The notes: a model not told the origin generated them from the letters alone. 64,000 nt of DNA from an uncultured virus (IMG/VR IMGVR_UViG_3300031555_006527) (IMGVR_UViG_3300031555_006527); one strand, 5' to 3'. Shown: positions 36,967-46,824, numbered from the stretch's first letter. Translations and numbers: made by a program.

Positions 36967-37764
36967 ATGAGTAGACTTTTATTTTTCATCCTTATGCCTC
37001 TTATCTTCGAAGGCATTATGTTAGGATTAAACGAAGCTGGTGGTGGTTGGGGAAGTGGAAACCTCAAAAAAGAAATTGGATTGTTTTCCATCTTATTGCT
37101 TTTAGACTATGCAATTGAAACCATTTATCTGGTAATCATAAAAAACATACTGGGAGTCTGGATTTTTGAAAAAGACTTTGAAACAATTGAGAGCTATGGA
37201 ACTTATGAAGCTTTTAAAATCTGTGCAATCATATATATTGTCCCCTGTGTTTTAGTGACATTTGTCTCTATCAACGATTTATGCATTGACCATTTTCCAG
37301 CAATACATAGTCTCGTTTTAACAGCGCTTTTTGTTGTATTTTGTTGTATTACAGTTCCTCTGTTACATGAAGAAATTGATAAGACTCAATTCAAAGCCAT
37401 GGAATATACCGTAGAGGAAAATACAATTTATTTAAAAGCATTAGGCGATGGTCATACCACCACAGGTTCTGTAAATGGAAAAATGACATTCGGTTCCGGA
37501 TATATTCAAGGAAACATTTCTGATAATTACAATCTGTATTATGCCTATGAAGGTAGTAATGGAGAAACCGTAATTGATAGTTTAATCTATAATAAAGATT
37601 TGGTAAACATTTTTGAAAAAGGTCCGGATTGTATCCCAAGGCTTGTAATCATACGACATTTTAAAGAATATAAAACTGATTATAATACCTATTCAGATGA
37701 ATATTACAGTTATGATATTTATATCCCATCCATATCAAATGAAATCAATATAGATATGGAATAA
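36967..37764 (+). CDS. Multi-TM membrane protein
   Basis: About four TM segments plus an extracytoplasmic domain ending YDIYIPSI. Confidence 0.65.
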   Translation: MSRLLFFILMPLIFEGIMLGLNEAGGGWGSGNLKKEIGLFSILLLLDYAIETIYLVIIKNILGVWIFEKDFETIESYGTYEAFKICAIIYIVPCVLVTFVSINDLCIDHFPAIHSLVLTALFVVFCCITVPLLHEEIDKTQFKAMEYTVEENTIYLKALGDGHTTTGSVNGKMTFGSGYIQGNISDNYNLYYAYEGSNGETVIDSLIYNKDLVNIFEKGPDCIPRLVIIRHFKEYKTDYNTYSDEYYSYDIYIPSISNEINIDME

Positions 37765-37790
37765 CCGAAAGAAAAGGAGGTTTTTCTCTT

Positions 37791-38225
37791 ATGGAGAAGA
37801 AGTTACGTGCGCTCATTAAGGAAGCAATGATTGAGCGAAAAGAAACTGGTAATAGTACTCGTTACCAGACTTATAAGAACATTTTAGAAAAGGCACAGAA
37901 GACAGCAAAAGATAAGCGAATTGACGTATTATCAGATGAACTTATTTATGATGCCGTAAAGAAAGAGCTAAAGCAGTTAGAAGATGTTTTGGAATATCTG
38001 AATAAGGAAACTGGTGGATATCGCTATGAAGATACCATGTCTGCGATTGCCTATGCAAAGGCATTACTTCCGGCAATGGCATCAAAAGAAGATATGTTAG
38101 AGTATCTTACGGCTCTTTCTGTAGAAAAGAATATGGGCATTTGCATGAAGACCTTAAAGGGTCATTTTGGAGCTCTATGTGATGGAAAACTTGCACAGGA
38201 AACTGTGAAAGAATATATCAATTAG
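37791..38225 (+). CDS. GatB/YqeY-domain protein
   Basis: IKEAM..K; KKELKQ; LLP..S..D; NMG..MK.LK..F...DGK pattern. Confidence 0.75.
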   Translation: MEKKLRALIKEAMIERKETGNSTRYQTYKNILEKAQKTAKDKRIDVLSDELIYDAVKKELKQLEDVLEYLNKETGGYRYEDTMSAIAYAKALLPAMASKEDMLEYLTALSVEKNMGICMKTLKGHFGALCDGKLAQETVKEYIN

Positions 38226-38242
38226 CAAAGGAGGATAAAATT

Positions 38243-38482
38243 ATGAATACGTTACGTATCAAGTTACCGTATGAAGAAGTAGAAGAGTTTGTAAAAATTA
38301 CATCCAAGTATGATTTTGACATTGATATTCGCAGTTTTGATGACCATTATGTCATTGATGCAAAGTCTATTATGGGTATCTTCTCTTTAAAGTTAAGTAA
38401 GCCAGTAATTATCACCACAAAAGAGTCGGGACCTGAAGTCGCAAAATTATTCAGTGAACTTTCCCGGTTTGCAATTAAGTAA
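38243..38482 (+). CDS. HPr-like protein lacking the His15 site
   Basis: IDAKSIMGIFSL (Ser46 motif) present; no GLHAR motif. Confidence 0.8.
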   Translation: MNTLRIKLPYEEVEEFVKITSKYDFDIDIRSFDDHYVIDAKSIMGIFSLKLSKPVIITTKESGPEVAKLFSELSRFAIK

Positions 38483-38520
38483 CCCTACACTTTTAAAACA
38501 CCCATTAGGAGGAAAAAATT

Positions 38521-40107
38521 ATGCCAATGACTTTAGTTATTCTTGGAATTATTGTTGTGTTAACCGTACTTTTATTTGCATCTGGCTATGTAAAGGCATC
38601 TCCGGATACAGCGTACATCATTTCTGGTTTAAAGAAGGAACCGAAGGTTTTAATCGGTAAGGCTGGTATTAAGATTCCGTTCTTAGAAAAGAAGGATGAA
38701 TTAAATCTTCAGATTATCCCGATTGACGTTAAGACTTCCAGTTCTGTACCAACTGCCGACTACATCAATATTATGGTTGATGCAGTAGTCAATGTAAAGA
38801 TTAGTGATGACGCAGAATTATTAAAGGTTGCCGCACAGAACTTCTTAAATCAGAATACCGATTATATTTCTCATATTGCCCAGCAGTTATTGGAAGGTAA
38901 TATTCGTGAAATTGTAGGTCAGATGCGACTGGAACAGATGGTTAGTGACCGTCAGGCCTTTGCAGAAAAGGTAAAGGAAAATGCAGAACCAGACCTTAGA
39001 GCGATGGGTCTTGCCTTAGTAAGTTTTAATGTGCAGAACTTTGTAGATGAAAATGGTGTTATTGAAAACCTTGGTGTAGATAACATTGTAAAGATTCAGA
39101 AGTCTGCAGCTATTTCCCGTGCAGTCAGTGAAAAGGAAATTGCCGTAGCACAGGCAAATGCCGCAAAGGAATCCAATGATGCACAGATTCAGGCTGCTCT
39201 TGCGATTGAAAATGCAAAGGCAAACGCAGAAAAGGAAAAGGCAATTATTCGAGCAAATGCACAGCAGGCCGCTAAGGAAGCTGAAATTGAAGCAAACACT
39301 CAGATTGCCCAGAAGGAAAATGAACTTGCCATCAAGAAGGCAGAGCTCCAGAAGGATGCTGACACCAAGCAGGCTATCGCTGATGCTTCCTATCAGATTC
39401 AGCAGGAAACAGAACGTAAGACCATCGAAATTGCTACTGCAGAAGCAAACCTTGCCCGTCAGGAAAAGGCAATTCTCTTAAAGCAGAAGGAAGTTGAACT
39501 GACTGAACGTGCTCTCGAAGCTGAAATCAAGAAGAAGGCAGATGCTGAGAAGTATGCTGCACAGCAGAAGGCAGATACCGAGCTTTATGCAACTCAGAAG
39601 GCATCTGAAGCAGAACTTTTTGAAAGAATGAAGAAAGCAGAAGCAGAAAAGTTTGAAGCAGAACAGCAGGCTGCCGCACAGAAAGCACTTGCCGATGCGA
39701 TTAAGGCTCAGGGTATTGCAGAAGCAGAAGCCGCAAAAGCAAAGGGTGAGGCAGAAGCCGCAGCTATTCAGGCAAAGGCAGAGGCGGAAGCAGAAGGTCT
39801 CTTAAAGAAGGCAGAAGCCATGAAGCAGTATGAAGATGCGGCGAAGATGGACATGCAGATTGAAGCCTTAAAGCTTTACTTCGAACAGTTACCGGAAATT
39901 GCAAGAGCTGTTGGTGAAGGTTATAAGGGTGTAGATAAGATTGTAATGCTTGGTAATGATTCCAGTCAGTTAGCTGGCAACATTATGTCTACTACCACAC
40001 AGATTTCCGAAGGTTTAAACGAGTCTTTAGGCATCGACTTAAAGTCTTTACTTGCCGGATTTATCGGTGGTAAGTTAGCCGACAACTCTTCTGAAGCTAC
40101 AAAGTAG
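38521..40107 (+). CDS. Flotillin-family protein
   Basis: N-terminal TM, SPFH domain (LEGNIREIVG), long AE/AK coiled coil, VDKIVM. Confidence 0.9.
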   Translation: MPMTLVILGIIVVLTVLLFASGYVKASPDTAYIISGLKKEPKVLIGKAGIKIPFLEKKDELNLQIIPIDVKTSSSVPTADYINIMVDAVVNVKISDDAELLKVAAQNFLNQNTDYISHIAQQLLEGNIREIVGQMRLEQMVSDRQAFAEKVKENAEPDLRAMGLALVSFNVQNFVDENGVIENLGVDNIVKIQKSAAISRAVSEKEIAVAQANAAKESNDAQIQAALAIENAKANAEKEKAIIRANAQQAAKEAEIEANTQIAQKENELAIKKAELQKDADTKQAIADASYQIQQETERKTIEIATAEANLARQEKAILLKQKEVELTERALEAEIKKKADAEKYAAQQKADTELYATQKASEAELFERMKKAEAEKFEAEQQAAAQKALADAIKAQGIAEAEAAKAKGEAEAAAIQAKAEAEAEGLLKKAEAMKQYEDAAKMDMQIEALKLYFEQLPEIARAVGEGYKGVDKIVMLGNDSSQLAGNIMSTTTQISEGLNESLGIDLKSLLAGFIGGKLADNSSEATK

Positions 40108-40139
40108 TGAAATACATAAGTTAAGATGTGATTTTAAAG

Positions 40140-40172
40140 GAGCACTGTCAAAACAATGACGGTGCTCTTTTT
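40140..40172 (+). terminator. Intrinsic terminator
   Basis: gagcactgtca..tgacggtgctc-ttttt. Confidence 0.8.
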
Positions 40173-40186
40173 ATAGTTGTGTTTTG

Positions 40187-40216
40187 CCTAAAACTTAAAC
40201 CAAATAATAGCTAATA
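40187..40216 (+). promoter_or_regulatory. Promoter-like motif, copy 14
   Basis: cctaaaacttaaaccaaataatagctaata. Confidence 0.7.
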
Positions 40217-40283
40217 TATAAGAGGAAAGATAAGCCAATATAAATAGCTATTATTTTTAAAAGATACTATTAAGGAGAAAAAT

Positions 40284-40814
40284 ATGAATTATAACTATGC
40301 TTGTGGAAATGAAGTAATCAGAGTATGGGTATGGAACGATGATTTCCATCCGGAAGTAACCGTAACTGACAATAAGACAAAGAAAACTTATGACAGAACT
40401 ATTCGTGAAGATGAACATGGAAAGTTCTTTACATGGAATAAGAATAAAATTTATCTTAAGGATTGGATTAGAACTTCCATGAAGGAACTAAAAGAAAAAA
40501 TCGAAAGAAACGAATGGGTAACATCTGATGATTTATGTCAGGCAATTCTTTCTGACGGCATTGAAAATGTAAAGTTTCTTGTTCCACTCAATATTGTATC
40601 GGTAAGAGGCTTTGGAATTTCTTTATTAGACGGAAAAAAGACCAAAGATACCGTATGTAGAATTGAAGAAAGATATAATAGAGAAGTCAAAAACAATTAC
40701 AAGTTGACTCTTGTCCCGATAGAAGCAGACGATACTGTTGCAAGTAGTGACGACTATTACACGATGGATATGATTTCCTTAATTAAAGATGGATATATTA
40801 AAATCGTAGCATAA
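40284..40814 (+). CDS. Hypothetical protein
   Basis: AAGGAG RBS plus ORF. Confidence 0.65.
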   Translation: MNYNYACGNEVIRVWVWNDDFHPEVTVTDNKTKKTYDRTIREDEHGKFFTWNKNKIYLKDWIRTSMKELKEKIERNEWVTSDDLCQAILSDGIENVKFLVPLNIVSVRGFGISLLDGKKTKDTVCRIEERYNREVKNNYKLTLVPIEADDTVASSDDYYTMDMISLIKDGYIKIVA

Positions 40815-40849
40815 GGCAATTAAAGAGTGATTTCAAAGGAGGAATTGAA

Positions 40850-41005
40850 ATGAAAAAGAAGAAAGTAATTTATCTTGAAGATTTAATAAAAGCCATAAAT
40901 GATTTACCTAATTCCCCTAATGGATTTTCTGATTCTTATGATAAAGCAAGAATCCTCAGCATGGTTGAAGATATTCCAGTTCATGATGAGTTGACGAAAG
41001 AATAG
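40850..41005 (+). CDS. Small hypothetical protein (51 aa)
   Basis: AGGAGG RBS. Confidence 0.5.
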   Translation: MKKKKVIYLEDLIKAINDLPNSPNGFSDSYDKARILSMVEDIPVHDELTKE

Positions 41006-41039
41006 TGATAGATGCAGGATTTTATGGAGGTGTCGTATC

Positions 41040-41261
41040 ATGTTTGAATGGAAAGAGGTAAGAGTTGTGCCAGTCGAAGGTACTACTCGTGTAATGGAAG
41101 GTTATGATAATCCATGTGAAACTTGTGAGAGATGGGGAGACGATTGCGAATGCTGTGATGTATCTGTTCCTCTTGTATCAGAAATGAAAGTTGTGGAAGT
41201 TACTATGAGACAAGACACTTTATGTGGAATTCCTGTTGGAAACCCATATAAAGTTGAATGA
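41040..41261 (+). CDS. Small Cys-rich protein
   Basis: GGAGG RBS; CETC..CECC. Confidence 0.6.
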   Translation: MFEWKEVRVVPVEGTTRVMEGYDNPCETCERWGDDCECCDVSVPLVSEMKVVEVTMRQDTLCGIPVGNPYKVE

Positions 41262-41351
41262 TGCTAGAATTATAACTGATAAGAAACTAGGTGTTAGATA
41301 TGATTGCTTTATACATAGCTTTAAAATTATGCAAAAAGGAGATTTTTATCT

Positions 41352-41555
41352 ATGAATTACCGAAATGGAGAAGAATGCTTACATGCCACCTATGAAGATA
41401 TGAAAGATATGACATTGGAAGATGCCATTTTTATTTTATCTGAACCAATAAAGAAATATCACGAAGCAAAAACAAATGCAGAAAGAGTGAATTTACCAAG
41501 ACCACGTTTAATTAAAGCTTATGAGTTAGTCTTAGAAGCTTTGAAACATGACTAA
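41352..41555 (+). CDS. Hypothetical protein
   Basis: AAGGAG RBS plus ORF. Confidence 0.6.
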   Translation: MNYRNGEECLHATYEDMKDMTLEDAIFILSEPIKKYHEAKTNAERVNLPRPRLIKAYELVLEALKHD

Positions 41556-41582
41556 AAATATTGCTTAATAGGAGAATACAAC

Positions 41583-41759
41583 ATGCTTGGAGACATCAAT
41601 CATATCCATTGTACGAAATGTGGAACCTATTTATTTACCGAGACAGATACTGAAACAGGTTATAAGAGGACGAATGATAATAAAAACTATCGCTATGATG
41701 AGATATTGGATGAATTTATTTGTGAAAAATGTGATATATCCTGCCTCCCGACTTCTTAA
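41583..41759 (+). CDS. Small Zn-ribbon protein (58 aa)
   Basis: AGGAG RBS; CTKC..CEKC; preferred over the overlapping 41587..41775 frame. Confidence 0.55.
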   Translation: MLGDINHIHCTKCGTYLFTETDTETGYKRTNDNKNYRYDEILDEFICEKCDISCLPTS

Positions 41760-41777
41760 ACCAAAAGTTGTCTAATA
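41748..41777 (+). promoter_or_regulatory. Promoter-like motif, copy 15
   Basis: ccgacttcttaaaccaaaagttgtctaata. Confidence 0.7.
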
Positions 41778-41820
41778 AGTAAGAGAATAAAAAGAACTTT
41801 CAATATATTAAGAGGTAATT

Positions 41821-42387
41821 ATGATTATTTTGCTTGGGAAAACAGCAAGAGGAAAAGATACGGTCCAAAATATTTTACTTACTATGGGATATGAAAAAAT
41901 CCCTACTTACACTACCAGACCAATGCGTCCGGGAGAAATTGCCGGAAAAACATATCATTATACCTCAGAAGATGATTTTTGTAAAAAAGTAAACGAAGGA
42001 TTTTTTGCAGAACATAAAGCTTACGATACCGTTCATGGCGTTTGGAGATATGGATGTTCTATGGAATCTATTTTAGAAGCGAAAGAAAATGACATTATTA
42101 TTTTAACTCCTGCTGGGTTTAGAGATATTCAAAAACTGCTTCCGGAACATGCAATTACTGTATTATTAGATTCGGATGAATTAACTGCCAGAGAACGTTT
42201 AGCAAAACGAGGAGACAATCCAAAAGAAATTGATAGACGTATCCAACAGGATGAAATTGATTTTGATGGAATTTCTGAAAATGTTGACTTAATTCTATAT
42301 AATCATAGAGATTCTAGCTTATATGATTTAGCCAACAAGATTGCAGAATTTGACGAAGCTTCACGCAACCAAAAAATGACTTTATAG
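41821..42387 (+). CDS. gmk: Guanylate kinase-like protein
   Basis: GKTARGKDT P-loop; YTTRPMRPGE..G..YHY; RL..RGD...EI.RR. Confidence 0.85.
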   Translation: MIILLGKTARGKDTVQNILLTMGYEKIPTYTTRPMRPGEIAGKTYHYTSEDDFCKKVNEGFFAEHKAYDTVHGVWRYGCSMESILEAKENDIIILTPAGFRDIQKLLPEHAITVLLDSDELTARERLAKRGDNPKEIDRRIQQDEIDFDGISENVDLILYNHRDSSLYDLANKIAEFDEASRNQKMTL

Positions 42388-42393
42388 AACGAA

Positions 42394-42425
42394 TAGCTTT
42401 AGTCGTAAGACTAAGGCTATTTTTA
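42394..42425 (+). terminator. Intrinsic terminator
   Basis: atagctttagtc-gtaa-gactaaggctat-tttt. Confidence 0.8.
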
Positions 42426-42427
42426 TG

Positions 42428-42457
42428 CCGACAACTTAAACCAATTTATAGCTAATA
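42428..42457 (+). promoter_or_regulatory. Promoter-like motif, copy 16 (last seen; heads the >21 kb ORF array)
   Basis: ccgacaacttaaaccaatttatagctaata. Confidence 0.75.
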
Positions 42458-42513
42458 CTTGTAGAGTATATTTTTTATGATTACGATGTATAGATTGATA
42501 TGGAGGTATCCCT

Positions 42514-42918
42514 ATGGTGGATGATAATGAAAACAAAACATATGAAGATGGTTTAATTGAAGGAAGAGCTGAAGCATGGACTTTAGCAAAAAGATTGGTA
42601 TTATCTCCTTTGGATGGTGGATATCTTCATGAAGAAATAAATGCAATGTTTGGAGATAAAACAAGTTTTGAAGTATTAAAATCTTGTTCTCCGGAAGAAG
42701 TTTTAGAAAAAACACAGGCATATGATGCCAGAATTAGTTTAGAAGTCAATGACGAAATTCTTGTACGGGGTAAAAAAGGAATTATCACATTTCTTTATGA
42801 AGACAATACTGCAGAAATCCTGTTACATTCTGGAATGTCTCTTAGAGAGTCTGTCGACAAGCTTTCTAAGACAGGCAGACATTTTGATATTCAGTCCTTA
42901 TTGACGAATTTAAATTGA
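42514..42918 (+). CDS. Hypothetical phage-like protein
   Basis: GGAGG RBS; YEDGL.EG..EAW; KTGRHFDI. Confidence 0.65.
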   Translation: MVDDNENKTYEDGLIEGRAEAWTLAKRLVLSPLDGGYLHEEINAMFGDKTSFEVLKSCSPEEVLEKTQAYDARISLEVNDEILVRGKKGIITFLYEDNTAEILLHSGMSLRESVDKLSKTGRHFDIQSLLTNLN

Positions 42919-42934
42919 TAGAAATGAGATAATT

Positions 42935-43138
42935 ATGAATTGTATTTATTGTAATCATCCACAAACTAAAGTGATAGAATGTGCCTCTTCTAAAACCTCT
43001 GGAATTCGCAAACGACAATGTGTTTCTTGTCACCAAACTTATCTAACTGAAGAATTATATTGGGATAATCAAAGTGAATTAAGAAGTATGTTGACTCATT
43101 TGCGAGAAGAATCAAGAAGAAAGAATAGAACTTTATAA
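42935..43138 (+). CDS. NrdR-like N-terminal Zn-ribbon protein
   Basis: MNCIYCNH..TKVIE....IRKRQCVSC..TY.T.E; no ATP cone. Confidence 0.65.
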   Translation: MNCIYCNHPQTKVIECASSKTSGIRKRQCVSCHQTYLTEELYWDNQSELRSMLTHLREESRRKNRTL

Positions 43139-43150
43139 CCAGAAAGGACA

Positions 43151-43720
43151 TTGCTAATGATTATTGATACGGCAGGCGCAACAAACGGAGTTATTGGAAA
43201 GAAACTCCCAAAGGACTCTGTATTAAAAAATATGAGTAAAGAAAAGTTAATTCAGTTGTTACATATCTCAGAAGATTATTATACTGTGTTACTTCATATG
43301 TATGAGAATGCTACCAGAGGTAGTTCTACTGTAATCGAAACTGTGCATTCGGATAGTCTGGATTGTGAAGTTCCAAGTGATTATTTCAACTCTATCAAAA
43401 AAGTCCGAGTGATTGATGAATGGACGAAAGAGTCTAAAGTATTTCAAGCAGAAAATTCACGACCATGGATACCTTGTAGCTCTGGAACTTATCCAAAAGA
43501 CTTTAAAGATGTTGAAATTACATTTCTTAACTATAGTACAGAAGCTCCGGAAACTGGTCATCTTGCCTATCATGACCATGACCGTTGGTACTGGTCTTTA
43601 GACGGAGAGGCACTACGAGTAGAAGTAACTGCATGGCGTCAACACATCAATGATGCTTATCAAATAGAAAAAGAAGAGGAAGAAAAAACTAATTATGAGA
43701 ATCGACCTGCCATGTTGTAA
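43151..43720 (+). CDS. DUF551-like domain protein
   Basis: WIPCS..YP..VEIT..W......VTAWR. Confidence 0.6.
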   Translation: MLMIIDTAGATNGVIGKKLPKDSVLKNMSKEKLIQLLHISEDYYTVLLHMYENATRGSSTVIETVHSDSLDCEVPSDYFNSIKKVRVIDEWTKESKVFQAENSRPWIPCSSGTYPKDFKDVEITFLNYSTEAPETGHLAYHDHDRWYWSLDGEALRVEVTAWRQHINDAYQIEKEEEEKTNYENRPAML

Positions 43721-43949
43721 CATTAAGACTTGTATTTATTGTCAGGACCATAACTGTACTAATAAACAGATTTATTCCACTTGTAATTATGCAAAAAGCA
43801 ACAGGATTATAGAAGAAATTTCTTCTTTTCTTTATCAACATGACATTACCTGCCCAGAAGATATTTATCAAAGAGAGTCTGTTTTAGAAGAAGCTTCCGA
43901 ACTAACTGCTAGATTAGTAGAAATTATGATAGAGGAGAAACTATGTTAA
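43695..43949 (+). CDS. Cys-rich hypothetical protein
   Basis: RBS plus ORF. Confidence 0.55.
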   Translation: MRIDLPCCNIKTCIYCQDHNCTNKQIYSTCNYAKSNRIIEEISSFLYQHDITCPEDIYQRESVLEEASELTARLVEIMIEEKLC

Positions 43950-44197
43950 ATAACTGCCCAGAATGTATTCACAGAGCTGTTTGTGAAACCCAAGAGGTCG
44001 TTGAAAATCGACAGTTGGTTTGTAAAATGTATGAAAAAGAACCACCAATTACACTTAACGATAAAATCAATCAAATGACACCAGAAGAAAAAGCAGAGTG
44101 GCTTTGGAATCATGATGAAACAACAGAAAAATTAGGAAGGTTGACAAAAGACTCATTACTCAGCTTTTTAACAAAACCAATAGAAGATTTTATCTAA
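43943..44197 (+). CDS. Hypothetical phage-like protein
   Basis: CPECIH..VC; T..DKI..MT.EE.AE.L. Confidence 0.6.
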   Translation: MLNNCPECIHRAVCETQEVVENRQLVCKMYEKEPPITLNDKINQMTPEEKAEWLWNHDETTEKLGRLTKDSLLSFLTKPIEDFI

Positions 44198-44235
44198 TAT
44201 AATACTAGTATTTACAACCGATAAAGGAAAAGTAT

Positions 44236-44646
44236 ATGTTATTTCATCCATCTTCAGAAAAAATTCAGATTTGTCAATTAGGACAAGCTTTTGTGTCTCA
44301 AAGCAAAAACATTGATTTTGATTTCTCAAATCAGATTTTTGCTCCTCCCATTCAAGAAGACATATTGGATATTAACGAATCTTTATCTTTATACGGTTGT
44401 TTTTATTATTCCGAATTAAAAAAGTCTTTTATGTTAGGCTTATTAGTTTCTGATACACAAAATAAAGAAACAATTGCTGAATATCTGTTAGTTATTAAAC
44501 CAACATGGAATGATAAATTCCGCTGGCAAGGAAAAATAATTAAAGAAAATAAAGAAAAAACAAATGATGTTTCAGAAGCTATCAATCTTTGGTCTTTGGA
44601 ACATGTATCCCCACAGAAAGGAACATTTTTTTATGGAAATCTGTAG
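44236..44646 (+). CDS. Hypothetical protein
   Basis: RBS plus ORF. Confidence 0.6.
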   Translation: MLFHPSSEKIQICQLGQAFVSQSKNIDFDFSNQIFAPPIQEDILDINESLSLYGCFYYSELKKSFMLGLLVSDTQNKETIAEYLLVIKPTWNDKFRWQGKIIKENKEKTNDVSEAINLWSLEHVSPQKGTFFYGNL

Positions 44647-44863
44647 AGTTAGATATATTGTTGTAAGAAATAATCGTACTGAAATTTTTTGTGGCTTAGC
44701 AAGACATTATCAGTTTAAGCCAATAGATGATATTGGAGATACTGCTATTAAAACCTATCTTTCTGAAAAGAAAGCAAAATCTTCTTTTATTAGCAGTTGG
44801 TTTAATGCAGAAAACGAGAATTATGAAATTCTTCCGGTAGAAGAAATTATTAGAACGATTTAA
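44633..44863 (+). CDS. Hypothetical protein
   Basis: AAAGGA RBS before MEICRV. Confidence 0.6.
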   Translation: MEICRVRYIVVRNNRTEIFCGLARHYQFKPIDDIGDTAIKTYLSEKKAKSSFISSWFNAENENYEILPVEEIIRTI

Positions 44864-44876
44864 TAAGGAGAATTAC

Positions 44877-45917
44877 ATGATGCTACATAGAACTAGGTTA
44901 TATAAGATAGGAACTTTTGCAATTCTTTTTATTTTATCCTGCAGCGGTTGTAACATAATTCCCTCTAATTCTTTGACACAGTCTATTCCGTTGATTAATG
45001 AAGAAAACGAAGTAATATCACAACAAATTTCTCCTTATATTACAGAATCTGTCGTGGTCATTCCTACAATAACTAGCACTCCAGTACCTACCAATACTCC
45101 AGTGCCTACTCCAGTAATAATTGTAACCGCTACTCCAACCCCTACTTGTACTCCTACACCCACCCCTATTTTGGATGTCTTAGCACCAATTATTGAAGGC
45201 GCAGAGGATAAAGTGGTTTTTGTTGGAGAAACCGTTTCTTATAAAAAAGGCATTGTAATTTCTGACGATATAGATGAATCCCCTACGTTTACTGTTGATT
45301 CTTCCGAAGTAGATTTAAATACTCCGGGGGTATATCCGGTTACTTATATAGCGACAGATAGCTCTGGTAACACAACGAGTCTTCAAATTACAGTAACGGT
45401 TACTGCCATTGATGATAAAGCATCTAAGGTAAAACGAATGGCTACTGAAGTTATTTCGACGACTATTACAGAAAATATGTCAAAGTGGGATGCTTGTTAC
45501 TCTTTATGGAATTGGTGTCGACGAAATATTAAATATACAAATACTACAGGTGACAGAACTTCTATTTATACAGGTGCTTACGAAGGTTTCTTTGACCACA
45601 AAGGAGATTGTTATACTTTTTATGCAACCTTTGCTGTATTGTTAACAGAGTGTGGTATTGATAATCTGGAAGTAAGACGGATTGGGGGTACTTCCAATCA
45701 CTGGTGGAATTTAGTCAATGTAGGTGATGGTTGGTATCATTGCGATTCCAGTCCTAGAAAAGCCGGACATACGTACTTATGTTTCATGCAAACAGATGCG
45801 CAAATACAAGAATATACAGAGTATTATACAGCAAAACCAAATTATTATGTTTTTGACGATACAAACTTGCCAGAACGAGGAACTGTAATTGTATTTGACG
45901 GAAATCTTAATCAATAA
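44877..45917 (+). CDS. Lipoprotein with PT-rich linker, Ig-like domain and transglutaminase-like domain
   Basis: PTPT repeats; VDLNTPGVYPVTY.ATDSSGN; GDC..HWWNLV..WYHCD catalytic triad. Confidence 0.8.
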   Translation: MMLHRTRLYKIGTFAILFILSCSGCNIIPSNSLTQSIPLINEENEVISQQISPYITESVVVIPTITSTPVPTNTPVPTPVIIVTATPTPTCTPTPTPILDVLAPIIEGAEDKVVFVGETVSYKKGIVISDDIDESPTFTVDSSEVDLNTPGVYPVTYIATDSSGNTTSLQITVTVTAIDDKASKVKRMATEVISTTITENMSKWDACYSLWNWCRRNIKYTNTTGDRTSIYTGAYEGFFDHKGDCYTFYATFAVLLTECGIDNLEVRRIGGTSNHWWNLVNVGDGWYHCDSSPRKAGHTYLCFMQTDAQIQEYTEYYTAKPNYYVFDDTNLPERGTVIVFDGNLNQ

Positions 45918-45930
45918 GGAGATAATTATT

Positions 45931-46329
45931 ATGTTATATAGAGCAAAAAGAAAAGATAATAACGAATGGATAGAAGGCTATTATGTATGTCTCAATGAAA
46001 AACATCACCGTATTTATACTGGCCATGCAGAAAAAGATTGTGGTGACTACTATCCAGACTGGTATGAAATAGACCCAGAGACACTTTGCAAGTATGTTTA
46101 CGATTCTGATGACGAAGGTAATGCTTTGTGGGAACACGACATTGTTGAAGTTACAGACACTAATGGTCAAGAAGAAGATACCAATATTGTAGAAATTCTT
46201 TTCGCCGCACATGGCATTACTCCTTGGTCATGGGAATATGACTGTGATGGCTGTGATTTAAGATATGAAATAGTAAGCATCAAATTACTTGGAAATAAAT
46301 TTGACAACCCAAATCTCATAGAAAGTTGA
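45931..46329 (+). CDS. YopX-family protein
   Basis: YRAKRKDNNEWIEG; IDPETLC; LWEHDIV; LGNKFDNPNL. Confidence 0.8.
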   Translation: MLYRAKRKDNNEWIEGYYVCLNEKHHRIYTGHAEKDCGDYYPDWYEIDPETLCKYVYDSDDEGNALWEHDIVEVTDTNGQEEDTNIVEILFAAHGITPWSWEYDCDGCDLRYEIVSIKLLGNKFDNPNLIES

Positions 46330-46339
46330 GGTCTATCTC

Positions 46340-46513
46340 ATGGGAGACAACATTATCATTATCGTTTTTATTTTATTTGCTTTAATCCTTGGCCTAGCTG
46401 TAATAGCCATGGATGCTATGGTTTTAAAGGGGTTGTTAGAAATCATTAAATCCATTTATAAAAATGAATCAAGTATACATAATCCAGATATTAACTCAGA
46501 GGAAGGACGATAA
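46340..46513 (+). CDS. Small membrane protein (57 aa)
   Basis: GAGG RBS; hydrophobic N-terminus. Confidence 0.5.
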   Translation: MGDNIIIIVFILFALILGLAVIAMDAMVLKGLLEIIKSIYKNESSIHNPDINSEEGR

Positions 46514-46515
46514 CT

Positions 46516-46824
46516 ATGGCACAAAATCAAAAATCTGCAAAAGATATTGCCTTTGAAAAAGAGCGAGCTAAGTTCCGACAGGCAATAAGAGAAAAAGAGT
46601 CTGAAACTCTTGCAGCGAAGAGAGAAAGTTATCTTTTAAAAGAAGAAAATCGTGAACTAAAACGTCAAATAGAAGAACAACAAGAATGGATAAATCGTCT
46701 TTTAGAATACATGGACATGCCGGAAGATGAAATGAGAACCTTATTAGAAACTGAAAAACATTCTGCAGAGGTAAGAGAAAAGTTTAATACGTTGTTTGGC
46801 GGAATGGTACGAGGATTTTATTAA
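46516..46824 (+). CDS. Coiled-coil hypothetical protein
   Basis: RBS plus ORF. Confidence 0.65.
   Translation: MAQNQKSAKDIAFEKERAKFRQAIREKESETLAAKRESYLLKEENRELKRQIEEQQEWINRLLEYMDMPEDEMRTLLETEKHSAEVREKFNTLFGGMVRGFY

Noticed and set aside
41587..41775. 62-aa ORF from the track
   Set aside because: The overlapping frame 41583..41759 has an ATG, a well-spaced RBS and paired CxxC motifs, so it is the better call.
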